Shown: positions 48,880 to 60,334, counted from the first letter of the stretch. The stretch: 64,000 bases of DNA from Patescibacteria group bacterium (GCA_038061995.1 JBBTYA010000004.1:15350-79349); one strand, 5' to 3'. Notes: a model not told the origin generated them from the letters alone. Numbers and translations: made by a program.

Positions 48880-49269
48880 CTAGAATGCTGCAAGCTTTGC
48901 CTTCATAAGATCTGGCGCAAATGAACCACCCGTATGGTTGCCGCTTGGCCAAAGAAAATTCATAAGCACTTTTGCCTCCTCATCAGAGAGCCTCGGCGTT
49001 GGGCCGAACGCTAATGAGAGTGAATATGCCGTGAGTTCATACCCAGTAAGATCACGCCCGAGCTTCTCCTTCAGTAAAGCTAGGCCACTGCTCCAATGGT
49101 TCCAGTGGGATTTTCCATCTTCGTCTTCACCTGCATACCAACCCGGCTCAAAATGGCTATAAAACCCCTCTAATTCATCCAGCGCTGACACGATATCGGG
49201 GATCTTCTCTCGAATACTCTCTGCGATACTTTCTTTTGTCTCGTTGTTAATTGGGTTCTCTATACTCAT
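48880..49269 (-). CDS. Hypothetical protein between direct repeats
   Basis: 129-aa ORF; palindromic terminator at ~48833-48869. Confidence 0.75.
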   Translation of the reverse strand: MSIENPINNETKESIAESIREKIPDIVSALDELEGFYSHFEPGWYAGEDEDGKSHWNHWSSGLALLKEKLGRDLTGYELTAYSLSLAFGPTPRLSDEEAKVLMNFLWPSGNHTGGSFAPDLMKAKLAAF

Positions 49270-49320
49270 CCCCCCACTCTACCCCCCCCTCCAGATTTTC
49301 AAGGTTGGATAATCCACAGG

Positions 49321-49380
49321 CGCCAACTCACCTGGTGGCGGAGGAATAAAGAGATACGGTGGATTACGCCACCGCGGTAG
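49321..49380 (+). pseudogene. Displaced alternative 3' end of miaA (direct repeat 1, copy b)
   Basis: Encodes RQLTWWRRNKEIRWITPPR* versus RQLTWWRKNKEIRWVKN* in miaA. Confidence 0.85.
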
Positions 49381-49422
49381 GAACGTTGCGAAAGAATGGC
49401 AATGACGCGCCCACTTTTCTTT

Positions 49423-50910
49423 CTATTGAAGCGCTTTGAGAATCAGCTCTTGAGCAACTTGTGGGTTTGCTTTCCCTTTTGATGCGGCCATGACTTTACC
49501 CACAAGGAATTTGAGAGGCGCCTCTTTCCCGGCACGGTAGTCGGCAACTGCTTTTTCATTTTCTGCGAGCACTTTTTGCACGATCTCCAATAGCGTGCTG
49601 GAGTCAGAAACCTGCGCGAGATCTTTTTCACGAATCACATCCTCAGGAGACGTGCGTGATACGAACATGCCAGCGATGAGAGCTTGCGCACCCGACGAAG
49701 AAACTTCTCCGTGGAACACGCGAACAATTGCATCAGCAAAATGTTCTGGAGAAATAGGACATTGCGAAATTGCCAACCCAGTGGCATCAAGGTGGCGCGC
49801 GAGCTCTGTCATGAGGTAGTTCGAAGCAAGCTTATATAAACGCGGCACATGCTCTACGCTCGGACGGTCTAAGTGCGAAAGCTTTTCAAATGAGCCAAGC
49901 TCGCTCGCGACGTGTTCAAAATAGTCACCGAGCGAGCGGTTTATAGTCATCACCTCAATATCGTGCTCAGGAAGAGCATATTCCTTTGCAAAACGAGCGC
50001 GGCGCTCTGCGGGGAGCTCTGGGACGCGTATCTGCACATCAGCAAGCCATTCCGGCGTAAGCACGATAGGAGGCAAATCCGGCTCTGGGAAGTAGCGATA
50101 ATCCGCGGCACCTTCTTTAATGCGCTGTGAAACAGTTAATCCCTGCATCTCGTCCCATCCACGCGTTTCTTGAATCACGCGCTCGCCAGAGCGGAGCACA
50201 TTCGCTTGGCGCTCCATTTCATAGACCGCCGCGCGTCCAGCGGCGTTAATTGAATTAATATTCTTTACCTCAACCTTTGTTCCGGTGCCCGGCGCGTCGC
50301 TTGGAGCCATGGAGATGTTTACCTCAACGCGCATCTGCCCCTTCTCCATGTCGGCATCTGAAACACCCGCGTAGCGCAAGATGAGGCGAAGCTCTTCTGC
50401 AAATGCCACAACCTCTTCTGCAGAGGTAAAATCTGGCTTCGTCACCAACTCCATGAGTGGCACGCCAGCACGGTTAAAGTCGAGAAGCGTGTCGCTTCCA
50501 TCGGCACTGTGATATGAGCGACCCACATCTTCTTCGAGATGGATGCGTTCAATGCGAATTGTCTTTGACTTTCCTTCTGCATCAGAAATAGTGAGTATTC
50601 CATCTTTACAGAATGGACGCTGGTATTGGGTAATCTGGTATCCCTTGGGAAGGTCGGGGTAGAAATAGTTCTTGCGCTCAAAAAACGTTTCGGGATCAAT
50701 CGTGCACCCCAGCGACATACCTGCGAGCACCACCTTGCGGATAGCTTCCTCGTTTGCAACCGGAAGCGTGCCCGGATGCCCCATACAGATGGGACAAATG
50801 TTTGTGTTCGGGCGCTTCTCGTCCGGATCGTTCAAAGACGCGCAGAACATCTTCGTGCGCGTCTTGAGCTCGACGTGAATCTCAAGGCCAATAGTAGGCG
50901 TATATTCCAT
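49423..50910 (-). CDS. gatB: Asp/Glu-tRNA amidotransferase subunit B
   Basis: IGLEIHVEL, RKNYFYPDLPKGYQI, HLEED, NRAGVPLME, YRYFPEPDL. Confidence 0.97.
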   Translation of the reverse strand: MEYTPTIGLEIHVELKTRTKMFCASLNDPDEKRPNTNICPICMGHPGTLPVANEEAIRKVVLAGMSLGCTIDPETFFERKNYFYPDLPKGYQITQYQRPFCKDGILTISDAEGKSKTIRIERIHLEEDVGRSYHSADGSDTLLDFNRAGVPLMELVTKPDFTSAEEVVAFAEELRLILRYAGVSDADMEKGQMRVEVNISMAPSDAPGTGTKVEVKNINSINAAGRAAVYEMERQANVLRSGERVIQETRGWDEMQGLTVSQRIKEGAADYRYFPEPDLPPIVLTPEWLADVQIRVPELPAERRARFAKEYALPEHDIEVMTINRSLGDYFEHVASELGSFEKLSHLDRPSVEHVPRLYKLASNYLMTELARHLDATGLAISQCPISPEHFADAIVRVFHGEVSSSGAQALIAGMFVSRTSPEDVIREKDLAQVSDSSTLLEIVQKVLAENEKAVADYRAGKEAPLKFLVGKVMAASKGKANPQVAQELILKALQ

Positions 50911-50935
50911 ACGAATACCCAACGGTAGCATGTTT
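50907..50935 (+). repeat. Direct repeat 2, copy a (gatB start codon and -10 region)
   Basis: ccatacgaatacccaacggtagcatgttt, 28/29 identical to 51451-51479. Confidence 0.9.
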
Positions 50936-51008
50936 TTTCGCCCTATAAAAGGGTCCTTGACAATAAAAAGAATTTGCGTCAGCCTCTACCCGAAGGAGGC
51001 CTAGGCCA

Positions 51009-51386
51009 ATGTTCAGCACTCACGTAAGCGACATCGTGCTCGTGGTCATCAAGCCAGATCACCCACGCTTCGGGCAGCTTGCCGCGTGCCTCTCGCACGA
51101 CTGGCGAGAAGACGGGCAACTGCAAGCGAAATTCGCAGACGGAACGATGGAGCTGTTCTACGACGGTGAGGCGGGGGGTGCGCCACGGATTACCGAGGCG
51201 TGGCGGTTTAAGCGGGAGGACCAAGACCTCATACTCAAGGTCCTCTTCCGTCTCCATTCCGTCCAAGGGCAGCTTCAGAAGCTCGCGACGACCGTCAACG
51301 ACCTCACTCTGCCGCACGACATACGCTACATGGCGAAGCTCGAGTTCGACCGGGTGGCGGTCCTGCCGGAGTGGCTCCAGAAGTAG
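51009..51386 (+). CDS. Hypothetical protein (ORFan cassette, KOW/SH3-like N-terminus)
   Basis: TTGACA at 50957, AAGGAGG SD, terminator at 51396-51435. Confidence 0.78.
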   Translation: MFSTHVSDIVLVVIKPDHPRFGQLAACLSHDWREDGQLQAKFADGTMELFYDGEAGGAPRITEAWRFKREDQDLILKVLFRLHSVQGQLQKLATTVNDLTLPHDIRYMAKLEFDRVAVLPEWLQK

Positions 51387-51450
51387 AAGCTCAGGGGCAC
51401 CAACGCGCGCATCGCGCGCTGGTGCCTTCTCTTTTCATATACTACAACTA

Positions 51451-51479
51451 CCATACGGATACCCAACGGTAGCATGTTT
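51451..51479 (+). repeat. Direct repeat 2, copy b
   Basis: ccatacggatacccaacggtagcatgttt. Confidence 0.9.
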
Positions 51480-51533
51480 CGTAAGCAAAAAAAAGCGCCC
51501 CCAGACTCGAGAGTCTGAGGGCCGTTCTTCCGT

Positions 51534-52178
51534 CTACGTCGCATATTGCGCAGAGAACTTGTGGTGTACGCGAGCGAGAATCTCGTGGTGGATTTCCTCG
51601 ACGCTTTTCATTCCGTCATCAACGATGACGGTGCAGTTCGGAGAGCAAGTGATCCACTCCCTGAACCCTTCGTGCACGCGATGGTGGAACGCAAGCTCCT
51701 CCTGCTCAAGGCGGTCCAGCTTACCACCGCGCGCAATCGCGCGACGCATGCCTTCTTCAGGATCGATCAGAATGACGATCTGGAGATCAGGCATCAGCCC
51801 GCCAGTCGCAAGCTTGATCGCCTGCATTCGCACAGCGCGATCACTCATGCCCCGAGCGATAAGCTGATAGGCAAACGTGGAGCCGACGTAGCGATCGCTC
51901 ACCACCCAGTCACCACGCCGGAGCGCTGGCTGCACGATCTCGCGAACGTGTTGGGCCCTGTCAGCAAGGAAGAGAAAGAACTCGGCGTCGGGATACAGTA
52001 TGGTGTCCCGCGGAGCAAGTAACACCTCGCGAACTCCTCGGCCAACCGCGGTCCTCGCACCTGGCTCTTTCGTGAGCACGACGTTACGCCCGTAAAAACC
52101 CGGGAGAACCGAGGCGAGGCGACGCGCTTGAGTGGTCTTGCCAGATCCCTCCATCCCTTCGAATGTGATAAACGGCAT
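51534..52178 (-). CDS. tmk: Thymidylate kinase
   Basis: FITFEGMEGSGKTTQ, EPG, ADRAQH, SDRYVGSTFAYQ, PDL. Confidence 0.95.
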   Translation of the reverse strand: MPFITFEGMEGSGKTTQARRLASVLPGFYGRNVVLTKEPGARTAVGRGVREVLLAPRDTILYPDAEFFLFLADRAQHVREIVQPALRRGDWVVSDRYVGSTFAYQLIARGMSDRAVRMQAIKLATGGLMPDLQIVILIDPEEGMRRAIARGGKLDRLEQEELAFHHRVHEGFREWITCSPNCTVIVDDGMKSVEEIHHEILARVHHKFSAQYAT

Positions 52179-52253
52179 GCGCGCCTCCCCTGTAAAGAAC
52201 GACGCCCCTCTGGGCGTCGTTCAGTCTAATTGAGATGTGAGAAGAAGGCAACT

Positions 52254-52676
52254 CTACTTCACTTCGATACCCATTGAGCGGGCGGTGCCTTCCATGATCT
52301 TCATTGCGGCCTCTACATCATTTGCGTTGAGATCCTGCATCTTTTTCTCTGCGATCTCGCGCACTTGAGCTTTCGTGACAGAGCCCACTTTTTTCTTGTT
52401 CGGCTCGCCTGAACCCTTTTCGAGACCCGCTGCTACTTGGAGCAGGTATGCTGCTGGCGGAGTTTTAAACTCAAGAGAGAATGAGCGGTCGTCATAGATG
52501 GTTACGATCACTGGCGTCACCTCACCTGGGCGATCTTTCGTTGCATCATTAAACTGCAAAACGAATTGCTGTAAGTTGATACCCGTTGGACCGAGTGCCG
52601 TACCTACTGGAGGTGCTGGCGTTGCGCGGCCACCGGGGATCTGAAGTTTTGCGACTGCTTTGATATTCTTTGCCAT
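52254..52676 (-). CDS. rplK: 50S ribosomal protein L11
   Basis: [25 protein letters not shown]. Confidence 0.98.
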   Translation of the reverse strand: MAKNIKAVAKLQIPGGRATPAPPVGTALGPTGINLQQFVLQFNDATKDRPGEVTPVIVTIYDDRSFSLEFKTPPAAYLLQVAAGLEKGSGEPNKKKVGSVTKAQVREIAEKKMQDLNANDVEAAMKIMEGTARSMGIEVK

Positions 52677-52739
52677 GTATACGTGCTTTGCGCGGGAGAA
52701 GCATCACCGCACCAAAGCGATAAGCCAAACGAGTATATA

Positions 52740-53285
52740 CTACAACTTCTTCATCTGCAAGAAGTCAAGCTCCACGGGCGTTTCGCGACCAAAGATCGTG
52801 ACCAATACTTTGACGCGACCACGCTCTGGATCAACCTCTGCAATTTTACCATCGAAGTCTTTGAAGGGGCCGTCGGTAATCTTTACGCGCTCCCCAACCG
52901 CGATGTCTACCTGGTACGAAGGCTCCTTTGCGCCAGAGCGAGCGAGGAGGTCGTTCACTTCCGATGCAGAGAGCGGCGTTGGCACCGTGCCAGCACCGAT
53001 AAACCCAGTCACGTTTGGCGTGTTGCGCACCACGTACCACGATGCATCATTCACGAGCATCTCCACAAGCACATAGCCTGGGAAGATCTTTTCTTCGATC
53101 GTTTCGCGCTTGCCGTTACGAATGCGAATCTTTTTCTCTTTTGGAACAAGAATATTAAAAATCTGATCTTCAAAACCCAGCGTTTCTACGCGCTGCTTTA
53201 AACTGCGACAGACGTTATCTTCGTAGCCAGAGTAGGTGTGAATGGCGTACCAGCGACGCTCTTCAATGTTTGCTTGCTTTGCCAT
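52740..53285 (-). CDS. nusG: Transcription termination/antitermination factor NusG
   Basis: WYAIHTYSGYE, FPGYVLV, KOW GPF, IFGRETPVEL. Confidence 0.98.
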   Translation of the reverse strand: MAKQANIEERRWYAIHTYSGYEDNVCRSLKQRVETLGFEDQIFNILVPKEKKIRIRNGKRETIEEKIFPGYVLVEMLVNDASWYVVRNTPNVTGFIGAGTVPTPLSASEVNDLLARSGAKEPSYQVDIAVGERVKITDGPFKDFDGKIAEVDPERGRVKVLVTIFGRETPVELDFLQMKKL

Positions 53286-53288
53286 AGG

Positions 53289-53462
53289 TTAAGAAACAAT
53301 AAGCGTGAGGATGTACGCAAAAAGCGCATCCAAAACACCAAGATAGGCAGCCATAACGACGGTAATCGCGACGACAACACCCGTATAGCGGATGACTTGG
53401 GAACGGTTTGGCCAACTTACTTTTGCTAACTCTGTGCGTACTTCTTGTAAAAAGGTAGTCAT
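53289..53462 (-). CDS. secE: Preprotein translocase SecE (57 aa, missed by ORF track)
   Basis: FLQEVRTELAKVSWP plus single TM ending LGVLD; directly upstream of nusG. Confidence 0.93.
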   Translation of the reverse strand: MTTFLQEVRTELAKVSWPNRSQVIRYTGVVVAITVVMAAYLGVLDALFAYILTLIVS

Positions 53463-53540
53463 GTCGTGGTAGAGAAAAACGCCCGGGGGCGCTTACAGAC
53501 AGTAACGATAGCACGTCTGTAAGCGAACGTCAATTCCCTT

Positions 53541-55619
<2,079 letters not shown>

Positions 55620-55665
55620 CTACGCCAATAACAAGCGATATTCAACCCTTGCCAGTGCCCAAAAA

Positions 55666-56832
55666 CTACCGCATATCTGCCTTAAAAAGGCTCGCCGTTT
55701 CAGCGTAGATTTTTGCCTGAATGGGGTCAATTTCCTCCGTGGTAAGCGTGCGCTCATTACTACGATACACAATGCGGTAGGTGTAGCTCCGACGATCGGC
55801 GCCAAACTTCTCTGCGTTCTCGTAGGTGTCGAGGAGTTTCACTTCTTCAACGAGATCACCACCGAGATCACGAATAACGTCAAAATAATTATTAGGAATA
55901 AAATCATTCTGTACCACAAATGAGATGTCGCGAGTAATCGGTGGGAATTTACTCACAGGCACAAAGGTGTGGCCAAGCTGTAACTGTGACTTCACGCGCG
56001 GATCCGTAGACCACAAGAGTCGGATGTCGGGAAGCGCCATACTAATAATCGCAAGACGCTCCAAGCCAAACCCGAACGCCCATCCCGTGTACACGTTTGG
56101 GTCAACATCGAGCTTCTCTAAGACGCTTGGGTGCACAATGCCTCCGCCAAGTACCTCGATCCAGCGATCGCCGACTTTTACTTCCATCTCTAAGCTTGGA
56201 TGTGTGTACGGGAACGTATCTTCATTGAAACGATATTCGATCTCGCCACCGTAGAGTCCCTTGGCCACTTCAACGAGCGCTTCTTCCAAATCTGCGCGAG
56301 AGAGATCTTTCTGCGCCTTGGGTACCATGTACAGTCCGTCCATCTGATGGAAGATGTTCATGTGATTGCGATCGATTTCGTCCTTGCGATACACCTTCCC
56401 GTGCGAGAACACGCCGAACGCTTCGTTCTTGGCGATACGTTCACGCACTACGTCAGACGCAAAATAGTAGTACCACATCACTGTAGTGTGCGTGCGCAGA
56501 ATATGGGTATCCGTTACGTAGTAGGTGTCCGAGCGACTCCGTGCGGGATGATTTTCGGGAAAGTTAAAGAGGTCAAAACTAATATCCGCACGTACAACTT
56601 CTGGGACTTCAATGCGGTCAAAGCCTTGAAAGTAGGGGCGTGCCACGATGCGGTTCACTAGCTCTGCGATAGGGCTTTCAGGCGTACGCGAAAGATCCGG
56701 CATGCCTAAGTAGCGCTTGAGACGCTCCCCGTCCGCGTCGCTTCGTGTTTGTAAATCGGTACGTAGCTTCTGTTCCTCGGAACGATCTATCTGAATGTCT
56801 ACGCCTTGGGTGCGAGTGATAAGTAATGACAT
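55666..56832 (-). CDS. pheS: Single-chain phenylalanine--tRNA ligase (catalytic domain fused to FDX-ACB)
   Basis: HPARSRSDTYY, LRTHTT, FHQMDG, FPYTHPS, FGFGLERLA, then SKFPPITRDISF...YRSNERTLT. Confidence 0.92.
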   Translation of the reverse strand: MSLLITRTQGVDIQIDRSEEQKLRTDLQTRSDADGERLKRYLGMPDLSRTPESPIAELVNRIVARPYFQGFDRIEVPEVVRADISFDLFNFPENHPARSRSDTYYVTDTHILRTHTTVMWYYYFASDVVRERIAKNEAFGVFSHGKVYRKDEIDRNHMNIFHQMDGLYMVPKAQKDLSRADLEEALVEVAKGLYGGEIEYRFNEDTFPYTHPSLEMEVKVGDRWIEVLGGGIVHPSVLEKLDVDPNVYTGWAFGFGLERLAIISMALPDIRLLWSTDPRVKSQLQLGHTFVPVSKFPPITRDISFVVQNDFIPNNYFDVIRDLGGDLVEEVKLLDTYENAEKFGADRRSYTYRIVYRSNERTLTTEEIDPIQAKIYAETASLFKADMR

Positions 56833-56927
56833 ACGTGTAATATGTGCGAGTGTAGCACAGCACAAAACGCTCTGCATCTTGACCTCAACTAGAAAAATTG
56901 GTATTCCTATCCCTTAGAGGAGGCCGC

Positions 56928-57326
56928 ATGCATACCGAGATCAGAGAAGGCGTTCGTCTCTTGGTGATCAACCCGAACATGCCCATGTTCGGCGAGGTGT
57001 TCGTTGTGCGGGTACTGCCACTCGATGGCCCAGAAGTCGCTCTGTGCGTTCGAGAAGGTGCCGGAAGCAACGCCCCGAAGCTACAGTTCTTGTTGCCCAA
57101 CAGCGGGCACTGGCACATGGATGACGTCATGATCGTTTCCGCACACCAGCTGCCGCCTGACGACCGAGCCACTCAAGCGCTCAAGGACGTACGGGCTACA
57201 TTCGTTCCGTGGTGGGAGACGATCCGCGCATACGACCGGTCGCCCGAGACCCTGCAGTCGCGCAAAGCGTACCAGGAACGCATCTTGCAGCAGGTGTGGA
57301 GCTGGTCAGAAAAGAGCGCCTCATGA
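56928..57326 (+). CDS. Hypothetical protein (ORFan cassette)
   Basis: TTGACC-17-TATTCC promoter-like box; GAGGAGG SD. Confidence 0.75.
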   Translation: MHTEIREGVRLLVINPNMPMFGEVFVVRVLPLDGPEVALCVREGAGSNAPKLQFLLPNSGHWHMDDVMIVSAHQLPPDDRATQALKDVRATFVPWWETIRAYDRSPETLQSRKAYQERILQQVWSWSEKSAS

Positions 57327-57676
57327 GCGCCCCACAACAGTTTGGGATCATCACTGATCCCGACAACGAGTTCTTCGGGCAGCCCTGCATGATCACCAGG
57401 GTTACGCCTGCGGGCTGGTGTACGGTGCGAGTCGGAAACCATGAGATGCGCCTGCAGGAGCACACCTGTATCGACGCTCCCGAGGTGCCTCAGGTGATGC
57501 GGGTCGCCTCGCCGGAGAATCGCGCCCTGCCGCTGGAACGGGTGCTCAGCAGCATGCGCGGACCGCTCACTCACTTCGCGGCACGCATTCGGCGCAGCAG
57601 TGATCCCATCGCCGAACGCCAGACAGCGCGCGGCGAGTTCATGAAGATGCTCTTTTCCGCAACTAAGAGTACGTAG
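57323..57676 (+). CDS. Hypothetical protein (ORFan cassette)
   Basis: ATGA-coupled to the upstream gene; terminator at ~57699-57730. Confidence 0.72.
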   Translation: MSAPQQFGIITDPDNEFFGQPCMITRVTPAGWCTVRVGNHEMRLQEHTCIDAPEVPQVMRVASPENRALPLERVLSSMRGPLTHFAARIRRSSDPIAERQTARGEFMKMLFSATKST

Positions 57677-57786
57677 CCGAGACGGCAGAAGAAGTCCAGC
57701 CCCGCAACGCATCGCGGGGCTTTTTCTTTGTTCGAAACTAGCTATAAAAACAAACATGGCCCGTTGAGAGCCATGTTTGTAATCTG

Positions 57787-57860
57787 CGCGGGCGGCCGGA
57801 TTCGAACCGGTGACCTCTTCCGTGACAGGGAAGCGCTCTAACCAGCTGAGCTACGCCCGC
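57787..57860 (-). tRNA. tRNA-Asp(GTC)
   Basis: Cloverleaf; cttcc-CTGTCAC-ggaag anticodon arm. Confidence 0.95.
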
Positions 57861-58004
57861 AATCCTGTAGCCTATATAGGGTACTTGGTTTTAAAACAAA
57901 ATTCAACTTCCCTCAAAAGAAAAGGCCAGCGCCCACCTACACCCCCCCCGCCCTACGAACGCGGGAGAATGCAGATGAAACGCTGGCGGAAACGACCTCG
58001 ACGC

Positions 58005-58463
58005 TCACCTTTCGAGCTCTGGATGCCATAGAAAGTAATCGATCTCTCGTTCACCATCCATGGTTATTGAGTGCTCACGTGGCACGCCTTCGGCGCTCAT
58101 GTTACTCACGGCTCGATCTTCGCCGACCACGAAACCAATGTGGCTGTGACGAGATCCATCTTGGTAGGGACGCTCCTTCCACACAATCACGCTTCCTACG
58201 CGTGGAGTGTCGCTGCGCTCCCACCCAGAAGCTTGAAGATCGCGAACTGTGCCGGAAACGGTTGCGTGCCGGTCTTTCACCAGCCCCCACAAAAGGAGGA
58301 CCGATGACACGAAAGTTGCACACGCGAGATTGCCATCATCGGCGATGTCTCGCGTTTCTCCATCAACCTCAGCGAAAAGGTTCCGGAACATGTGATTCTC
58401 CCCACGGGCCGCGTTGCGGATCATGGCGAGGTAACTTTGGGTACGCAGAAGCTTTACACTCAT
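58005..58463 (-). CDS. NlpC/P60/CHAP-like cysteine amidase
   Basis: ACATFVSSVL (Cys), GSVIVW, HSHIGFV (His), AVSN. Confidence 0.75.
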   Translation of the reverse strand: MSVKLLRTQSYLAMIRNAARGENHMFRNLFAEVDGETRDIADDGNLACATFVSSVLLLWGLVKDRHATVSGTVRDLQASGWERSDTPRVGSVIVWKERPYQDGSRHSHIGFVVGEDRAVSNMSAEGVPREHSITMDGEREIDYFLWHPELER

Positions 58464-58549
58464 AGCACGCATGGTAGCAGACTTTCCCCTTCTCGCACAA
58501 GAAAACGAAAGGCCCCCGAATTGTTGGGGGCCTGTGGCCGCACGCTCGT

Positions 58550-59428
58550 CTATCGAACGCGCGGGAGTGAGCACGCAAGCTTCACGCGGGAGAACCGCGC
58601 AGCGTGCGTCTGCGAATCCTGTGCAAGAGCTGTGTCGGGCCAGCGGTTTCCCGGCTCACGGAACTGCATGAGCCATAGGGCGCGCTGTTCTGCGGGAGTA
58701 AGTTCTTTGTACTCCCAGCTGACACCCGTGCGTGACATGAGCCCCTCTGCGTTGTGCAAGTGAGCTAAGCCGAGCACGTGCACCAACTCGTGGACCAGCG
58801 TGTGTGCATCGAAGTATTCTGGTCGAATCTCGATGAACCCCTCCGTGATGGCGTTGCCATCCATCACGGCCCACGCCCACCCCGCAACGGTGTCAGGGAT
58901 GTTGGTCGTGATGTAGATGTAGGCTCGCGCCGCGCCTTCGGGCATGTGCTGTTCGGGGTGACGCTCCACCAACTTGATCCACGGAACGAACCGCTGGAGA
59001 TATGCGATTGCTCGCGTGAGCGCCCGTGGGTCACGCACAGCATCCGTTGGGTCCATGACGGTGATCACCATCACGTCCGCCGTGGGGCGCGTGAACGGCT
59101 TCTCCGCTTCATTCCCAGCAGTGCGATAGAACAGCTCGTAGAGTGTCATGAGCTCGTTCTCGTCGCCCGTCGGAACGAGCTTCACAGTTGCACCATCCGT
59201 CGGCGCGACTGCCGTGCGCGGAAGAAATCCCACCGCATCCGCGATGAAGAGACTCTCCGCGGGAACCGCCACTTGTGCACCGGCACCGATCACCACATCG
59301 TGCGCATCGCGCACGTACGCCGTCACACTGCCGCCCCCTCCCAAGGCAGCCGCATCACGGAACTTGAGGGTTGCATCCTCTGCGAACGCAGAAGACGTAA
59401 CGAGAACCGCGACCACGATCAAGCGCAT
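58550..59428 (-). CDS. Secreted metzincin (matrixin-like) metallopeptidase
   Basis: Signal peptide ending SAFA; HELVHVLGLAH plus Met-turn; GGAGG SD; own promoter and terminator. Confidence 0.85.
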   Translation of the reverse strand: MRLIVVAVLVTSSAFAEDATLKFRDAAALGGGGSVTAYVRDAHDVVIGAGAQVAVPAESLFIADAVGFLPRTAVAPTDGATVKLVPTGDENELMTLYELFYRTAGNEAEKPFTRPTADVMVITVMDPTDAVRDPRALTRAIAYLQRFVPWIKLVERHPEQHMPEGAARAYIYITTNIPDTVAGWAWAVMDGNAITEGFIEIRPEYFDAHTLVHELVHVLGLAHLHNAEGLMSRTGVSWEYKELTPAEQRALWLMQFREPGNRWPDTALAQDSQTHAARFSRVKLACSLPRVR

Positions 59429-59482
59429 TTCCCTGCCTCCGTGCTACATATTATGCATTAAAAACAAAGAATTGCAAGAAGC

Positions 59483-59956
59483 TCAAGATTCTTTTGTAAG
59501 TCCCATTTTGATACGACGCTTTTCCAGGTTCTTCGGATCCTTCACGGGAAGCATCTTAAGTGTTCCGTCTGGTAGGCGCTGGCGCTGTGTCCCATAGAAT
59601 TGTAGCTCTCCCCGATTGATAAGAACGCGGTCTGTAAGGTGCGCTTTTTCGTTTGGTTCAAAATCACAATGCTTGAGACACTGCTCTTGGAGCTTGGCAT
59701 CGTGCATGATGTGCTGCACAAGTAAAAAGAATGCCTTCATCGCCTCTGCGCCAACCATCTTCTGTGTTGGATACCCGTATTCTTTGATAATCTGGCGCAC
59801 GTTCTGGTAGTGAAGCGTGTCTATGGCGTAGATAAGATAGTTCGTCAGCTCCTTCCCGGGTTTTGATTGAAGACGCAAATCCTGCTCAACCGCTGCCATT
59901 TCTAATATATAACGTGTGAGCGATTGTTTTTGTTGTACGGTAAGTTTTTTAGGCAT
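59483..59956 (-). CDS. DUF6624-like protein
   Basis: EQDLR, IIKEYGYP..VG, FLLVQH, LTDRV...QFYGTQ. Confidence 0.8.
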   Translation of the reverse strand: MPKKLTVQQKQSLTRYILEMAAVEQDLRLQSKPGKELTNYLIYAIDTLHYQNVRQIIKEYGYPTQKMVGAEAMKAFFLLVQHIMHDAKLQEQCLKHCDFEPNEKAHLTDRVLINRGELQFYGTQRQRLPDGTLKMLPVKDPKNLEKRRIKMGLTKES

Positions 59957-60037
59957 GTATGTGAGCCTAAGGATACGCTCCATTTCACAAAAGAAAAGCC
60001 GGGCACAACGGGCCCGGCTGGGTGACTTCTGGGACAA

Positions 60038-60316
60038 CTAGTCTTCCTCGATGGGCTCGATCTCCTTTCCAGCTTTCCAGACCAGTAGTCCGAAATCTTC
60101 ATCGGGCATTTTCGCCATTTCTCCCTGGGGGTTGCCGAAATACTCGATGTAAAGCCGCAACCACGCGGGCGAGATCGTTAAGTATCTGTCTCCCCACGTC
60201 GAGGCGGGTTTCGCCGCATCAAACATTTTCTTTCCGAGGATTGCTTTCGTATCAGATGATGCCGCGAGCACTTCCTCGAACTTCTCCCACAATGCTTTGT
60301 ATTCTAATTGCTTCAT
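60038..60316 (-). CDS. Hypothetical protein (ORFan cassette type)
   Basis: GGGAGG SD; terminator at ~59990-60018. Confidence 0.75.
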   Translation of the reverse strand: MKQLEYKALWEKFEEVLAASSDTKAILGKKMFDAAKPASTWGDRYLTISPAWLRLYIEYFGNPQGEMAKMPDEDFGLLVWKAGKEIEPIEED

Positions 60317-60334
60317 AGTGCCTCCCTTAGATTG

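Noticed and set aside
57930-57955. C8 tract near the tRNA-Asp upstream region as a phase-variation or G4 site
   Set aside because: Not within a recognisable promoter spacer or a supported CDS.
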